A DNA stretch of 59,336 nt, filler included, from Basidioascus undulatus (GCA_000826855.1; 7 parts of 7 records of this genome joined end to end with filler, not necessarily neighbours in it), one strand, 5' to 3'. Counted from the whole stretch's first letter, positions 34,201 through 47,946 are shown. Notes: a model not told the origin generated them from the sequence alone. Translations and numbers: made by a program.

Positions 34201-34499
34201 GCCCATGAGAGTGGAACGTCCTATTTCGGGCTGGTCTCATGTGCGATTCAGATTCCTATTGTTCGTCAATTCGGCGCTGCGCCGTGCTTGCTTGGGATGT
34301 GAACTTCCTTTAGGCTCTCGTTCTGAAGGACTTTCATGGCTCATGCAAAATGGGTAGACCTCTTCGGTTGCTCCGTCCTTAGATGATTGCCTGGCCTGGC
34401 AGAACGTCTCGCAAACATGACAGTAAACTCAGACGGACGCTTGCATGTCGTGTTGTACCAGCTCAGTAACAAAGATTTACTTATTGGATGTTTGATGAT

Positions 34500-35466
34500 C
34501 GATGGACTGCACAGATAGTTGCACCTGCAAACAAGTATGGTGCAGCATGCTGTCGAACCTTTCCGCCCAAACTTGTGACTTTGCTGCCGCCCTCCTGTGC
34601 CTTCGACTCTCACAAACGATTCCACCTTGCTGGAAATGTGTTCCGCACTCGCTGCTCTACAGGCTTATGGGAGTCCAGCTCCCTCAGTTCCATCCCCGTC
34701 TTCCAACTCCACCGCCATGTATCGCCTCAGATGCCCGCCGGAGAGCCCAGATCGACCGAGCGCAGACCAATCACTTTCTCCGGAGCCTCTCCCCAAAGTC
34801 ATGGAAACCCTCAGATGGCTCGAGAGGGAACATCTGTCCTGAGCGATCGCCCTGGCGTAGCGTCTGCTCTATAGTCCGGACACCCTCGAGTGGGTCGCTC
34901 AGCTACTATGCAGCGACCGGCGGGACGACAGCATCGCCATTGCTGCGGAGCGCGACGAGGCGCGGGATGGACATGGGAGGAGGCCTCCTGTCGTAATTGA
35001 CGATGAAATGTGGCCGGACCACCTGGGGAACTATGAAGAGGACAAGTAAGATGTTTGGGTTGTGATCTGCGGCCAGGTGCGTCCTTGTTTCACGCTCACG
35101 GTAGGTTTGCCCTTCTGATCGCCCTGCCCCGTTGTGGGATGCCTGCAGCGCCTCGCAGACCTCGTATCCGCAGGATCCCTCCCCGAACGGCGCTTCTATA
35201 TCTACCAGCTCGTCTTTTTCGCGGCGCTCACTATGCATGAAGTGGCCCATACCTTTAGCACCTTGAAGTTCGGCAAGGATTACCGGATCCCGCCGCGTTT
35301 CTCGTTCCCTCCTAAAGAGATTCTGGAAACGCTTCTACAAGGAAGGGGAGCGCAAGGTTGCGGGGGAGCCGGGGTGGTACTTGGAACGGAAGGTCTTTGG
35401 TTTGCCATGCCAGACGGAAGCGGACGATTGACTATGCGCGTACGCCTTTCCTTTTGCTACGAATAG
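34500..35466 (+). pseudogene. Degenerate gene with an HExxH (zincin-like) motif
   Basis: RRFYIYQLVFFAALTMHEVAHTFSTLKFG...PP; the upstream part is broken by stops and frameshifts and is paralogous to 36140-36530. Confidence 0.45.
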
Positions 35467-35499
35467 CCAGTGGACATGGGTGTCTCACATTTAATGACT

Positions 35500-35980
35500 A
35501 GTGGAACAGCCGGAGATGGTTGAAGGGATGGTATTTCTCGGGGGCAACCTCTCATGGTACCAGATCGAGGACAGCCTTCGCCCACCTCTCAACCAGTGGG
35601 TAGATTTAACCAGGCATTACAAGTTTCCTGCTTATGTGCGTCGTGGATCAGGGCCCAGATTGCCAAATTGACAATGCCCATTCTGTTCATCCAAGGCAGT
35701 GCCTATCTTCCCCAACCAATCGAGTGGACTTCAGTTGACACAAGCACAGCCAACGACACCATGTTCCCGCCCGAGTCCTGTGCAGTGGCGAGTCTGGTCC
35801 TCCTTGTGATAAGGTGTAGCAACCTTACCGGGAGTGTCATCACAGGTTTACGCCAGAACCCTCACTGCTACCAAGCCAGAGGTGGCTATCCTCGAAGGGG
35901 CTTCGCACTATCTGTCCGCTACGCACACACAGAAGGTTGACAAGCTAGCTGCCGAGTTCCTCGCGCGGTGGAGTCTACGT
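35500..35980 (+). pseudogene. Alpha/beta-hydrolase C-terminal fragment
   Basis: IAKLTMPILFIQG..NDTMFP and VAILEGASHYLSATHTQKVDKLAAEFLARW match the hydrolase Asp/His end; no N-terminal exons found. Confidence 0.55.
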
Positions 35981-36139
35981 GTGCATAGACCATGTGTGGT
36001 GGTCTTGGAGACATATACATGCATTTCACGAAGCCAATGTGCAGTTGCAGCGTGCCACGCTTTAAATAAAGTCAGGCGGCTGCCAAGTTTGCTGCTCAAG
36101 CTCTGCAGAAAAGCATGTTCGTGCTGGCGAAGTCTGCTG

Positions 36140-36530
36140 TTGAAACCTTCGCCGATACTTCGCCAACGTCCGCATCTCGCTGGCGCACTGCTCTACCTTC
36201 GACTCCCGCAGACTGTGCCTTAGTCGCTTATTAAAGTCTTCCGCATTTTTGCTCTACAGGCTTAGAAGATTCCCAACTCCCCTGCTCTGTATCGCCTCAA
36301 CTGTGCGGCGAGACCCCCGATCGACCGGCTGTAGACACCTCATTTTCTCCCGAGTCTCCCCAAAGTCTTGGAACCTCTCAGCCCCACTGAGCACAAGAAC
36401 CTCTCTTGTGCTGTTGCCTGATGTACCATCTTCTATATTTGCCTACAACCATCGGGTGGCCGGCCAGCTGCTGAGCAAGGATCCGCGAGACGACAGTACC
36501 GCCACTGCTGTAGAGCGCGAAGAACGGACC
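36140..36530 (+). pseudogene. Second degenerate copy of the 34560-34960 segment
   Basis: Shared DNA words ccttcgactc, gctctacaggctta, tgtatcgcctca, gatcgaccg, tctccccaaagtc, and protein RDDS(I/T)A(I/T)A.ER. Confidence 0.6.
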
Positions 36531-36931
36531 TAACCCGAGGTCTTCGCAATGGTTGGAGGGGCTGATAGCATGAAAAATGATTGTACTTCGTAGCTTCGCG
36601 TGAATCGCAGATGAGTAGAACGCAGTCATCGAAAGCTTTCAAGCCAGTCGCTCGCAGTCGTGTGCGTACTGGTACAATGCTACGAGGCTGCTCACATGCA
36701 ACCATCTGGAAAGCTGATACTGCGGTGCACTTTCGTCGATCATGATATCTCCGCCGTTAAGCAGATTGTGGAATTCTTACAGGCTGCAAGTCTGAAGACA
36801 GTACGATCACGGGGAAAACACACCACTGATCCCGTCCCTCAAGCAGGGGGTAGGCCCAAAGTGTGAGATGCACCTCTCCCGGCATTTCCTCAGTGGAACA
36901 CGCAGGTGGACCAAAAGAAAAGCAGAAAGGA

Positions 36932-37016
36932 TGGCCACTGCAGGGGTCGAACCTGCGACTTTGGAGTTCCAACTGAATTATTAGCTCCACACTCTAACCA
37001 ACTGAGTTAAGCGGCC
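36932..37016 (-). tRNA. tRNA-Ile (AAT) with 11-nt intron (36968-36978)
   Basis: GGCCGCTTAACTCAGTTGGTTAGAGTG-TGGAG CT AAT A[ATTCAGTTGGA]A CTCCA-AAGTCGCAGGTTCGACCCCTGCAGTGGCCA; intron at the canonical 37/38 position. Confidence 0.95.
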
Positions 37017-37749
37017 AACATTTTTGGAAAGCAAGAGAGACATACCACAATATACTTGAGCGCCCCTAACAGCGTAAACTGTTACACCACCCACGCAGTT
37101 AGTCACCCAAATATTTATCAAACTTCAAGTTCAAGAAATATTATACACTTCAAGTATCAAGGTGAATGCGGATGCCGTCGCGGCAGCCCACTGTTTGGAA
37201 GGGTGCCGGCTGTGTGCCCAAGTTGACCCTCTCCACGGCCCATTATGGCATAATAAGTGTCCACCAAGCGGATAAACATGTAATATTGGTGCATATATTA
37301 CGCCTATGCTAATATGCAGGAAATAACACCTGGGGTAAGAGCGACAATGGTACAGGACCGTCCTCCCCACACAACATTGGTCGATCTATGGTCGGGTCCC
37401 CCCCCCCGCTTCCCGGACCATTTTGCGTTTAAGATGGAGAAAACCTTATGAGCCGTAACCGGTAGTGTAAGGGCTCTCTCTGCACACACATCGACACGCT
37501 ATGCCTGCACTCCTGCTCTCCATTCTCCCCTTCTGAACGTATTTCATGCTGCCTGGCTGTCATTGTTGTTTCTCGTCCTTCACTTTCCCTAGATAATTTG
37601 ATCTTAGTTTTTAAGATAAAACAGGGCAGTACTGCGACTAATAGAAATAGAGTCGTGTTGCGCCGTGTGCAGAACTGTAATACACAACACTTGAGGCTCG
37701 CGGCCCCTTCCCCACATGTCCCTATTGGTCTGAGTCACTTCCACTCAAT

Positions 37750-39240
37750 TCAAACGGCCGGGTCTCCAATCGGATCCCTGCGGCAGCAATGTAAGCGCCG
37801 GCCTCCGTGCAACTCTACGAAGCACATAGGTGACAGACCAGTCGGTGACAAGATCTGGAACGGAAGGATTGAGACATTTTGTGTTGATAGAGAAGCAGAA
37901 AATTGTAAGACGCACATTCATCCAGCTTGTCCAGGGTTTGAATCTCTTCGTCGGTCAGCTCGAAGTCGAAGACGAGGGTATTCTGAATGATGCGGTCCTT
38001 CCTGGTCGACTTGGGGAGTGGTATGTAGCCCTTTTGAAGCGACCAACGCAACATGATCTGGGCGGGATGACGGTTATGGCGTTCGGCCATATTCACCAGG
38101 ACTGGGTGCGTAAACCGAAGACCCCGCGCCAAAGGACTCCAAGCCTGCGTTCAGAGTCGTCAGCCTACAGGCGTCGGGATGGATTCGTGACAACCGCACC
38201 TCGATGGTCATGTTGTGCTTCTTGCAGTATGCGACCTCCTTCTCGCGGGTCACTAAGGGAGATAGTAACAGAGTTAACAGTATAGTCTGCCCTATACATG
38301 CAACTTCAAGGACGAACTGAACGGATGCACGTCGAATTGGTTGATGGCGGGAACGAGAGCCGGCTTGGTGGCGTACAACTCTTCAAGATGCCTGATCTGT
38401 GGAGTTAGACCTTGAGCGCCATGCTGAGTGCCAGACATTTTGAAACATAAACCGAGCTCACACCGTAATTGCTAACTCCCGCGGTAATGATGAGACCCTC
38501 GGCAACAGCTTCGGTTATGGCCTGCCAGGACTGCTGCCGCATGAGGCCGTTCGGGTAGGGGCTGTGTATGACTACGGGAGCGGGAAACCTTATGAAACAG
38601 ACACTACAACATGCTGTACGGAGAAACGTACGATATGTGTCGAGGTAGTCCATTCCCGAAGAAAGCAGACTGTGTCGAATAGCACCGCGAGCATGCTCGT
38701 ATCCAGCGTTGACCTGTGAAGTTGCGACCAAGACATCGATTATGAGCTTAACCAGTTCTTAACAGGTCCAGATTTTGTGCCTTTCCATGCGTACCTTCAG
38801 CTTTGTGGTAAAGTAGATTTCCGTCCGAGGCGTCCCCGTCTTCTTCATAAAGTCGCGAATAGCTCGGCCGCACTCGGCCTCGTTGCCATACCTGGCAGGA
38901 ATGTTCCAACAGCTTTCAGGCATATGCACGAATAAATCACGCACCATTCTGCTGAGTCAATGAGCCGGTAGCTGGGAATATTGACAGCGTTTTCAGCCGT
39001 GCCCCCCGCCCCCGGCATCTTTTTAAGGGCTCACCCTGCCTCCAAAGCCCAGTACACTGCGTTGTAGCATTCCAGCCCGGAAGTTTCATATGTCCCAAAC
39101 CCCATGTGCGGGATCTCAGCATTGTTATTGAGCTGACCCTTATGCCCTTCAGTCGACGCGTTCACTCAGAACGAGAGCCAGGGCATGAAGGGCGGGCGAA
39201 CCTTGACCTTGCTCTGCAGGCTAAGCGGCTTCGACGACAT
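37750..39240 (-). CDS. Aldo-keto reductase (AKR, 2,5-DKG reductase/Gcy1-like)
   Basis: IPHMGFGTY, GYRLIDSAEWYGNE, IYFTTKL, YLDTYLIHSP, GVSNYG, PAINQ, AWSPLARG, AQIMLRWSLQKGYIPLPKS, FDFEL; catalytic D-Y-K-H tetrad present. Confidence 0.95.
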
Positions 39241-39987
39241 ACTGCGACAGGGCACCGGCGAGAGCGGCAGGGGCAATGTTTGGTTGGGCTCGACTGTAAC
39301 GGAGTGAATGGTTGTAGAGCTTCCAGGTCTGGCATATGAAGGCCATGACAGAGCAGAGGTCTGCAGCTTCCCCTTGAGCTTCGAAGGACGCAGAAAGCCG
39401 TCGCCTGAGTCTGATAAGCTACGACTCGCTCATGCATTTGGAATCCAAAGGTTTCCTTCCGTAGCGGGCGCTCTGCTGCTATCACACAGGGCCCCTCATA
39501 AATGGCCTACACGCCACACAGTGATACACTGTCTGATCTGCTGCTCAGCCATCGTTACATTTTGCTTCACAAACCGCTTAAACTCTCAACCAAAGATATA
39601 CTGAACTTCGAATGACGAAGAAAGGAGGAATCACGGACGAAAGGGCAACTGCAACCAAGGCGAGGAGGAAACGGGAGGGAGAAATGCAAAGCGCGAACTA
39701 GGACCGCAACGCAAGCACGACCAAGCGGGATATGCCACAAGAGGAACTGGACGGGGCCTGCTGGATAACAGCGCACATGGTGGATGTACAGCGCCACCGT
39801 GCCCGGCGAAGGAAGAAAGGGTATCGAAGAACGAAAGACATGGACGGGTGCACTTGAGTGGTCGTGGAATGTTTGGGAGGGGCATGAGACAGGGCGAAAC
39901 GCGAATAGTAGAGATATTCGGGGAGAGGAAGGGTGTAAGTGGTTAGAGGAGCGAGACGAAAGGGGAAGGAGCGGTAGGGGCGGGCTC

Positions 39988-42375
39988 TCAGAGCTCGTCG
40001 CGTCCGAGTTTCGAGGCGACGACGTCCGTCGCCTCGGCCGCGGCGCTCCTCACATCCTCCACAACGTCCGCGACCTTGCTCCTGACGGCCTGGGCCGCAT
40101 CGCCGACGGCGCTGGCGGCGTCCCTCCCGACGCTAGCGACCGACTCGCGCGCGTCCTTCGCCACGCTGACGATAGACTCCTTGGGCGTCTCGGGCTCCTT
40201 AACCGGCGGAGCATAGCCGACCGCGCTCGCCGCAGCGGCCGCGACGTTGTCCCTGACGCTTCCCACGCTGGCGGCCGCCTCGCCCGCGAGCGACTGCGCC
40301 GTCTCGATCGGGTTCGCAGGCGCAGGCGTGCCGCCCATGGCCTCTACCGCGGCGCGGGAGGCACGCGCGCGCACAGAGTCCAGCGTCTCGGAGAGGTTCT
40401 CCGGGGACGGCGTGGCCCCGACTGCGCTGAGGGCAGCGCGAGTCGCAGAGTGGAGCGAGGCGGACGCGTCCGACGCGACGGATGCGAAGTTGGAGGCGAC
40501 GATCGCGCCGAGCGAGGATGCGGTCGCTTGCGCGTCGTGTGCTGCGGAGAGGAAGTAGTCGGATGCGCTCCCGACGGCCGAGGCAGCGCGGTCGTTCGCC
40601 GACGAGAAGTGCTCGGCGGCGCCTGACGTTACAAGATTGTAAAGAGTAAGTGACTGTGCGATAGTGGCGCCTGTGCCCCGACATCCGAGCATGAGACGTA
40701 CCCTCAGGTGTAGGGGTTGGCTCCACGGCACGAGCAGCCGAACGAGTCGCCTGATGCAAGTCGGAAGAGAGTTGGTCCAGCAGGGCGGCATACTGCCAAT
40801 GCCACCCAAACCACATCAGGCATCACGAAAACGAATGCACATGTGAGTCTCAAAAAGCCCACCTTCGACCCGAGGTTAAGGCCGAGGTTCTGCACCTGCT
40901 CAAGGTACGTCTCGGGCGTGGGCTGAGCGCCAGCGACAGAGCGGATGGAAGCCTGCCCGCGCCATCCACCATCAGCTTCACTTTCTCTTCCCTTCGTTCC
41001 CTTCCCCACACGCTGTAACGCACCTGCACCTCCGCCGCCCTCTTCGCAGCCGCCTCCCAAATGGAAGCGAGCTGACCCTCCGCCTGCGCGAGCGCCTTGT
41101 CGAACGTATTCTCCTCCCCCTCCCGCGTAGGCGTAGTGGCGGGAAGAAGGGCATCCTTGATGTTCTGCACGGCGTCGAGCACGACTTGCTCCTGCTCGCG
41201 GTGCGGGGGGACCTCCCGCGCCTCAGCGCCCTGGAAGATCGCCGCACCGCGCGCAGCCTCAGGCTCGGGGAGCGGGGCGTCCGCCGCGCGGCGGAGCGTC
41301 TCGTCCTGCGCGCGCGCGGCCTCGTCCGCAGCCTTGCCCGCGTCTACAGCGTCCGCTTCGGAGCGCGCCTCGAGGCGCGCGAGCGCGGCGTCGCGGACGA
41401 CGTCGAGCCGGAACTCGATCTCGTTCGCCACATCCGTGACGAGCTCAGCGGCGAGGTCGAAGACGGCCTTGACGTCCGCCTTGGCGCCCTTGTCGGACTC
41501 GAAGTCGGAGGAGATCGTGCCCGCTTGGAGGGCGTTGAAGCGGTCGGCGATGGCTTGCTCCGCTGTAGATGGTTTGGGCATACGGGTGAGAAAGAGAAAG
41601 AATGGCAGTGAGGAGAGAGGGACGCACTGTCAGCGAGCTTGTGGTACCGCTGCCAGTCCTTGTGCGTGACGTTGTCGAGCCAGGTGAACGCACGCGAGAT
41701 CTCGTCCTGGGCGGTGGAGCTGTATAACGAACGAACGTGAGCCATACTTCGCTCGCTCGACCCCAGTATTCCCAAGTAACTTACGTTGCGTCGTGGATGG
41801 GCGACAGCGCCTGCTTAATCTGGAAACGCCCCACCGCAGATCAGGATTCCTGCCTCATCCTTCCCATTAACCTATGACGACTCACCGTCCCGACCTCGCC
41901 CTCCTTATGGTCCTGGTCCCATGCCCTCAACTCCTCCCGCACGCCATCCACGCTCTCCCTCACCCTCCTCACAGCGCGCGCACAGAGCGCCTTAACCTTC
42001 CCGCTCTCGTCCCCGCTCTCGCCACGCAGGTGCTCCTCGAGCTTCCCCTCGAGCTTCCGCCCGTCCGCGCGCATCGCCTGCGCGGCGGTCCGGGCAGCCT
42101 GCTCGACCTGTACAACGCGGTCCTCGCGCGCCTGCCGGAGCGCACGCACAAGCGCCGCCTCCTGCTGCGCCGCCAGCCGCTGGATCGTGTCCTCCCAGTT
42201 GGCGAGGCGGGCAAGGAGGCCCTCGCGCTTCTCGCGCAGCGCGGCGTCGCGCATGGCGGCTTCCTCGGGGGTGAGGTCGGTCGGGGTGGGGGCAGGCGAG
42301 GGCGTGGCGGACGTGTCGATGGGCAGGACAGAGAGCGGCAGGTCGGCCTCGTCAGGCCCGAGCTCGGAGAGCAGG
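39988..42375 (-). CDS. She10/Osw7-like ER coiled-coil protein with RDEL C-terminus (5'-partial)
   Basis: Ala/Glu-rich coiled coil, motif FTWLDNVTHKDWQRYHKL, terminal ...SKLGRDEL* ER-retrieval signal. Confidence 0.75.
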
Positions 42376-42475
42376 NNNNNNNNNNNNNNNNNNNNNNNNN
42401 NNNNNNNNNNNNNNNNNNNTTAATTAATTAANNNNNNNNNNNNNNNNNNNNNNNNNNNNNNNNNNNNNNNNNNNN
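42376..42475. other. Artificial contig linker
   Basis: N44-TTAATTAATTAA-N44. Confidence 0.99.
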
Positions 42476-43617
42476 CGCGGGGGACCTATCCCACTCGGGG
42501 CGGGCGCACCAGCTCGCGACGACTATCGACTGGATCCGCGCGATGCCGCATCGGTGCAAAGTTCTTGTGGCGGGGAACCATGACTTTTGTCTTGTGACGG
42601 ATTGGAGTAGGCAGCCTAACGCGGCGACTTTTGGAAATCTGACGGAGGGCGTTCGTGCTGCTTATTGCTCTCATCCTTCCGGCACTTACATCCCCATGCC
42701 TACTGACATGGCTCGAACGTGTGCAGGAGAACGCGGAGGCGATGCGGATGGTGCGCGGCCGGGAAGCGCAGGATGCGGGGATCATGTACTTGGAGGACGA
42801 GAGTTACGCGTTCCAGGGAAGGGAAGGAGGGAATAAGTGGTCGGTTTATGGGTCGCCCGTGCGTGCTGCTGTGTCTTTCGGTTCAAGACGGTCGGGCTGA
42901 CGCTCGCCGTTTGCAGTGGCAACCGATTTTCGGCGGCTGGGCATGGAATTATCAACGAGGAGCAGAGGCAGAAGGTGATTTTCCTACTGATCCACCTTTA
43001 TCCTTTCAAACCTGACTTCCCGCTCTCCCATAGCCATCTGCGCAAAAATACCCAAAACCGACATCCTGTCCGTCTCGCCCCTCCTCCCGCGCTCATCCCA
43101 CCCTCCTATCTAACCCGACTTTAACACATCCCCACCTCACTATTTCAGGATCTCCCATGGCCCTCCATACGGGATCCAAGACGTCGTCCACTCGGGCGAA
43201 CACGTCGGGTGCGAAGCGCTCCTCGCGCGCATCGCGCAGGTCCGACCGCGCCTGCACATGTGAATCCCTCCCTTCCCTCCTCCACCTCTCTCCCTCCTTC
43301 CTACCTTCCCCCCCTTCCCCTCCATCCCCCTTCCTCTCCCTCGTACCCAGCGCTGATTGAGACCCGCACGGCGCAGCGTCGGACACATCCACGAGCATCA
43401 CGGCGTGACCGTAAAGCGCTGGCCCGACACGGGAGAGGAGACGATTGTTGTGAACGCTGCGAATGCGGGGCCGCGCGGGTTTGGAGGGGAGGGGTACCAG
43501 CCTGTTATTGTTGATTTGAAGGACGCTATGGGGGGGCCGATCAGCTTTGAGGGTGGTGCTGCATTCTTGGAATGCGCAGTGGGCCTCAGAACGTTTCCGC
43601 TACACGGCTCTCTTTGA
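42476..43617 (+). CDS. Calcineurin-like metallophosphoesterase (MPPED/239FB-like), 5'-partial
   Basis: AGDLSHSG, KVLVAGNHDF, VYGSPWQP, TDILISHGPPYG, HVGCEALL, RPRLHIVGHIHE, VVNAA. Confidence 0.92.
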
Positions 43618-44102
43618 GGCTCCAGCGTTTTCAAAAGCATCAGATATATGACAATTGCAAAGACTTTGCATTTCTCGGAGCTTAGCTTCTTACTTGCAGG
43701 TTTCGCTCTCGCAGCGGCGGCAACGCTCCCCTTGTGAGAAGCGCCTTTGCTGAACTGGAACGCCGGTATTCGGGAAAGAATTATTGCTGCATACTAATTT
43801 CAAGGGTGTATTGGCTCAGACATTTCTAATCTTAGTCAGCGAAGGTAATGCGCCAAACGTGGGACGGTCAAGAAGGGGCGCCCTCGGCCTGCAACGGACG
43901 AAAGACACACAGCAAGCTGCAAAGGCCTAAATGCTCAAGGGCAACTATTGCTCGCGCTGCATGGACAACAACTCCAATATTCCATCAGGGCTTAGGGACC
44001 GGCGTCTCAGCTAGTGCACAGTGTCGCCAACGCCGTCTTCGTATGCCTTCCTGACAGCGCGTCGCTCCGTACCTCTCCCCCTTATCCTCACGACGACTCG
44101 CC

Positions 44103-45211
44103 ATGCCCACGAGCAACTATACTACCCTGTGTTCCTGCATCACGCACTTTAATCAGCCCGCACCGCCTATCAGACACGACCTGACGCACGCGCGGGACGA
44201 CAAGGGACTCATCGAGTACGTGTACACGCTCGGCACCAGCAGCGTGACTGGACGGCGAGAGGGGAAGCTTTTTGCGATTGATATGGGCGGCTCGCACTTC
44301 CGCTGGAAGGACCTGGTTGTATGTCAATTTTTTGTGTCGTCAACGCCTCAATACTGACGACTGGATCGTTTGGACAACAGAAACGACTGCGCGAGCTGAC
44401 CGCAGACACCACTGGGGCGGGCACTTCGCGCTTTCCGCCGCGCTGCCCGCTCGCCTTCGCCTGACGCTCATCCTCCGCACCCGTCACAGCCAACCGCATC
44501 TTTTCCTTGTCGGCGGGGAGATCGAGGACGGCCAGCTATCCTCCGAAGTCTTCTTGATCAACTTCCGCAGGCGCACCCGACTGGACACCGGACGTCTTCC
44601 TTCCAGATGCCAGCTCGATCGTGCTCGGCAACAAACTTATCCTCCTCGATCATGACGCGGGACGCGACGCTTTCCCCGTCTCGAACCCCGAAGCGGATAT
44701 GGGCTTTGGGAGACGGCCGCCCAGAACTTGGGGCTGCAGCAGCGCCAGTCGCAGTCGCCTGCGGAGGTCGCGGCGCTGCCGCTGGAGAACGTCGGTGGCT
44801 GTGGAACTTGGGGGCAGCGAAGGGCGTATGCTGTTCTTCTATGCAGTGCGGGACAAACGGGTCCGATACATCGCCTTGTGAACCGGAAGGCCATTCTTCT
44901 TCACTGCTGGGCGATACAGCGCGACGGAGGTCGTCGTCGCGGGCATGGTGCACTACGAGGGGGACGACGCGCAAGCTCCTGCCGGAAATCTTCATCCTCG
45001 ACTTCATCAATCATTCGCGCGCTGCCTCAGGGCTAGGTCAATTTTCGATATGCCTTATATGAAGAATTATCATCACTTTGGCGGTGGCGTTTATCGGGAG
45101 CGTTCGTCGGGGGAGCCTGTCTTCGTTGCGTTCCTTGGGTATGATGGTCTAGATGGGGAGGAGGACGCGGTGAACAATCTCTGGGTGGAGGTTTCTTTCA
45201 TAAATGAATAG
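44103..45211 (+). pseudogene. Kelch/beta-propeller-like gene, apparently frameshifted
   Basis: Segments HLFLVGGEIEDGQLSSEVFLIN, SSIVLGNKLILLD and VAFLGYDG...VNNLWVEV resemble kelch blades but lie in different frames. Confidence 0.4.
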
Positions 45212-46503
45212 CCTCTGAATGGCTAAAATCTAGTACTGCGAGCAGCGATGTTCTCGCTGTTGCCTCGTCCTCGTCTGCTACCTGCTGGCTTTCAACATGT
45301 TAAACTAGTCTGTGCTCACCTTGTGTCTTGGGGTGTAAACGCGTTCAACCTGCAGAATTTGAGTGACACGAGGGCTCGCAATGCCCATTTCTTGCCTCTG
45401 CTTCTTCCACTGCTGCTGTTGCACGCCAACACGCCTGCACAGTCCGCTTGAAAAGCTCAATGATGCCGAAGCTGACTCGCTTAGCTCGCCTGAGGTCGGC
45501 GCGTACGCACAGCCGCTTTTTCAATGAAAGTGCCACCTAGGCTTTCCCTAGGAGGGCTCTCCATGTAACAACAGGAGGACACGGATAGCTGCCATGGCTG
45601 TGTCTTGCCTCAGGTTCGCATTTGTGCCGGACCTGGCGAATTGAAGAGGATTTTCTGGGAAACTATCAGAAATAAGGGTCGAGTAATACGGTGCAATGAC
45701 AACGGAACACCTGATGCTGCCTTGGAGCACGCTGTTCCGCTGACAGGCATCGACGTTCAGCGGGAGTTTCGGAATGCACTGCACCGGCAGTCGAGAATAG
45801 GAAGTCCTGAAAGTCGTTGAACAAATAGTCCTGACTGAAAATTTCAAGCCAGGACCCGCACTGTATCTGCCCGGCGTGGAGATGTGAAACGTGCCCACCC
45901 TCCGCTCGCCCCGAGCAGGTGCACAACAGACGTACCTCAACAAAAGAACTGGATCTCATCAAGACATCTAACGCTTCCATAAAGGTATGAAGGTTCTGTT
46001 TATAGATGTGAATTAGAAAAAGAGGCTGGAAGGAAGCAGGCCTTCATTCATTCACTGTCGGACGCACAACACACCAAAGTTTTACTGCCTGCCCGAGTCT
46101 ACCTCTTTGGTTCTGTACAAAGGACTCTTATCTCCCTTGTTTTGACTGAATATTTTAATGACCCTTGCCACATGCTGAATGCGTAGAGACAGAGAGAGTG
46201 TGTGTGTCTGGCCTGGGGCCTTCACTTCAAACTTGCCTCTGGGCAAACGTCACCAGTTGCGTTAAGTGCATCTGCAAAAATCTCTATTTCAATAATATCA
46301 GCAACCTATTTCCCGTATGCCAACCATGTGGGCAAAGAACGCTGGGAGGGTGACGAAGACGTGTGAGTGCCGGGCTACGGTGGACGCCGGTGGATCCTCC
46401 ATGTCCTCGCTCTCCACCTTGCCCTTCGACTACAACCCACTTGAACCAGTGCTCAGACCAACTTTGCCTCTAAGTCTTGTCGATTCTTTTGAACATTGCC
46501 GTC

Positions 46504-47312
46504 ATGTCTCACGGTCCAAGCTCCCCCAACGAAGTTCTCGCGCTCATCATTGGTGCCGTTCCTGCCCCTCGCGTACGCTCGCAACTCGGCGACACTCGCA
46601 GCACTCTGCCTTGTCTCGAAATACCTCTACCCTATTGCATCCAAAGCCGCAACTGTCTCATCTCGCTCGGACTTTCGAGCCTTGCGAAGCACGCCCACAC
46701 CGATCGCGCTCCGCTGCACGCGCCCATCCGATAACACGCCGCAAGCCGTGTATACTCGCTATGCAGCCGAGCTCAGGATCATTCTCAACGCGGTTGCTTC
46801 GAGCGTTCGGCGCGTGGCGACTAGCTACCCGAGCTGGCTGGCGGGAATCGATCTGACAAGAATGGATCAGCACCTCCGGAAAGCTCTGCGCCTGGAGGAA
46901 TATGTCGGGAAATGGACACAATCATTTTCGCGTCTTGCCACCGAACCACCCCACATGTCAGAGGATCGCTCATACTGACATTCCGCGCTGGGACTACTTT
47001 TGGGACCACAACACAAAACCCGTACCCGCGCTCACGCATGTGGGCGGCTCGCTTGCATACAAACTTCCCACCCCGATACGCAGTTTCATGCTCTCCGTCA
47101 ATCGTACACCGGCCTTGGAGCGTGTTATCATGGTAGTGAACGCCCGACTGGGACCTGCTCTTCCGAACGAGGTTGCGAAGCTTCGTGTCGGACTGGTGGA
47201 GCTATCAGCGGGCAGAGACGATCTCGACATGGTGGGAAGTATCGAGATCTTTGGATGCAGCGATTTGAAGACTTGGCTGGTGGAGCAGGCGATCCGTGGG
47301 CACGGGATATAG
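46504..47312 (+). pseudogene. F-box-like basidiomycete protein, frameshifted
   Basis: PNEVLALII in one frame continues as ATLAALCLVSKYLYPIA in another; C-terminal LTHVGG..TPALERVIMVV lies in a further frame. Confidence 0.55.
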
Positions 47313-47946
47313 CGCTCCAGGACTGAGCCTCGCGAGGTCCGGCTTTTCCGTTTGAATGGGCAGGGCCGCAGGCTACGACGCTTTATAAGCGGTTCTTGGG
47401 TCGCATTGTATACTGCACCTGTTTTTTTAGCACTTTTGCGAGCTGGCTGTGTTTACCATACATCTGCATCTGCGGGCATTCGCGCCGGAGGCGCCTTCAG
47501 GCAACTTTGGCGACCATCGCAATCAATCCTGAAACAGACGCAACAACGAAGTGGCATCCGCTGCGCTGCGCTCTTCCAAATTTCTATCCTAGCTTGCAAC
47601 ACCCGTGTAAAGGTCTTGAAGTGCCATGGTGCCAGTTATGAGGCTCGGGACGGCTTATGGGGTTCCTGCTCGAAGATCATGGAGCATTGGGCGACCAGAA
47701 TGCATTGCCATCGAGATTGAGAGTGTACATTTGAACTATGTCCTTCATAAAAGAGAAAGACCCGGGCAATCGGACTCGGTAGAACTTAAACACACCAGTC
47801 CCGAAAGAGTGGCATCCACATCGTTGTCCATGACCCGCATGGGCGCATAAAAAAGCATAGGTAGTAAAAAAGGCTCCGCATCATCATCCCCTTCTTCTCT
47901 TTGTGATTTTCCTCCATTCCCAGCCTATCCGGGTAAGCGATCGCGC

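Noticed and set aside
39784..41669. Long plus-strand ORFs (e.g. 280 aa, 190 aa) opposite the She10-like gene
   Set aside because: Antisense shadows expected from very high GC3; Arg/Ala/Ser-rich with no motifs.
45345..45980. Short minus-strand ORFs between the kelch-like and F-box-like remnants
   Set aside because: No recognisable motif or consistent splice structure to support a gene call.
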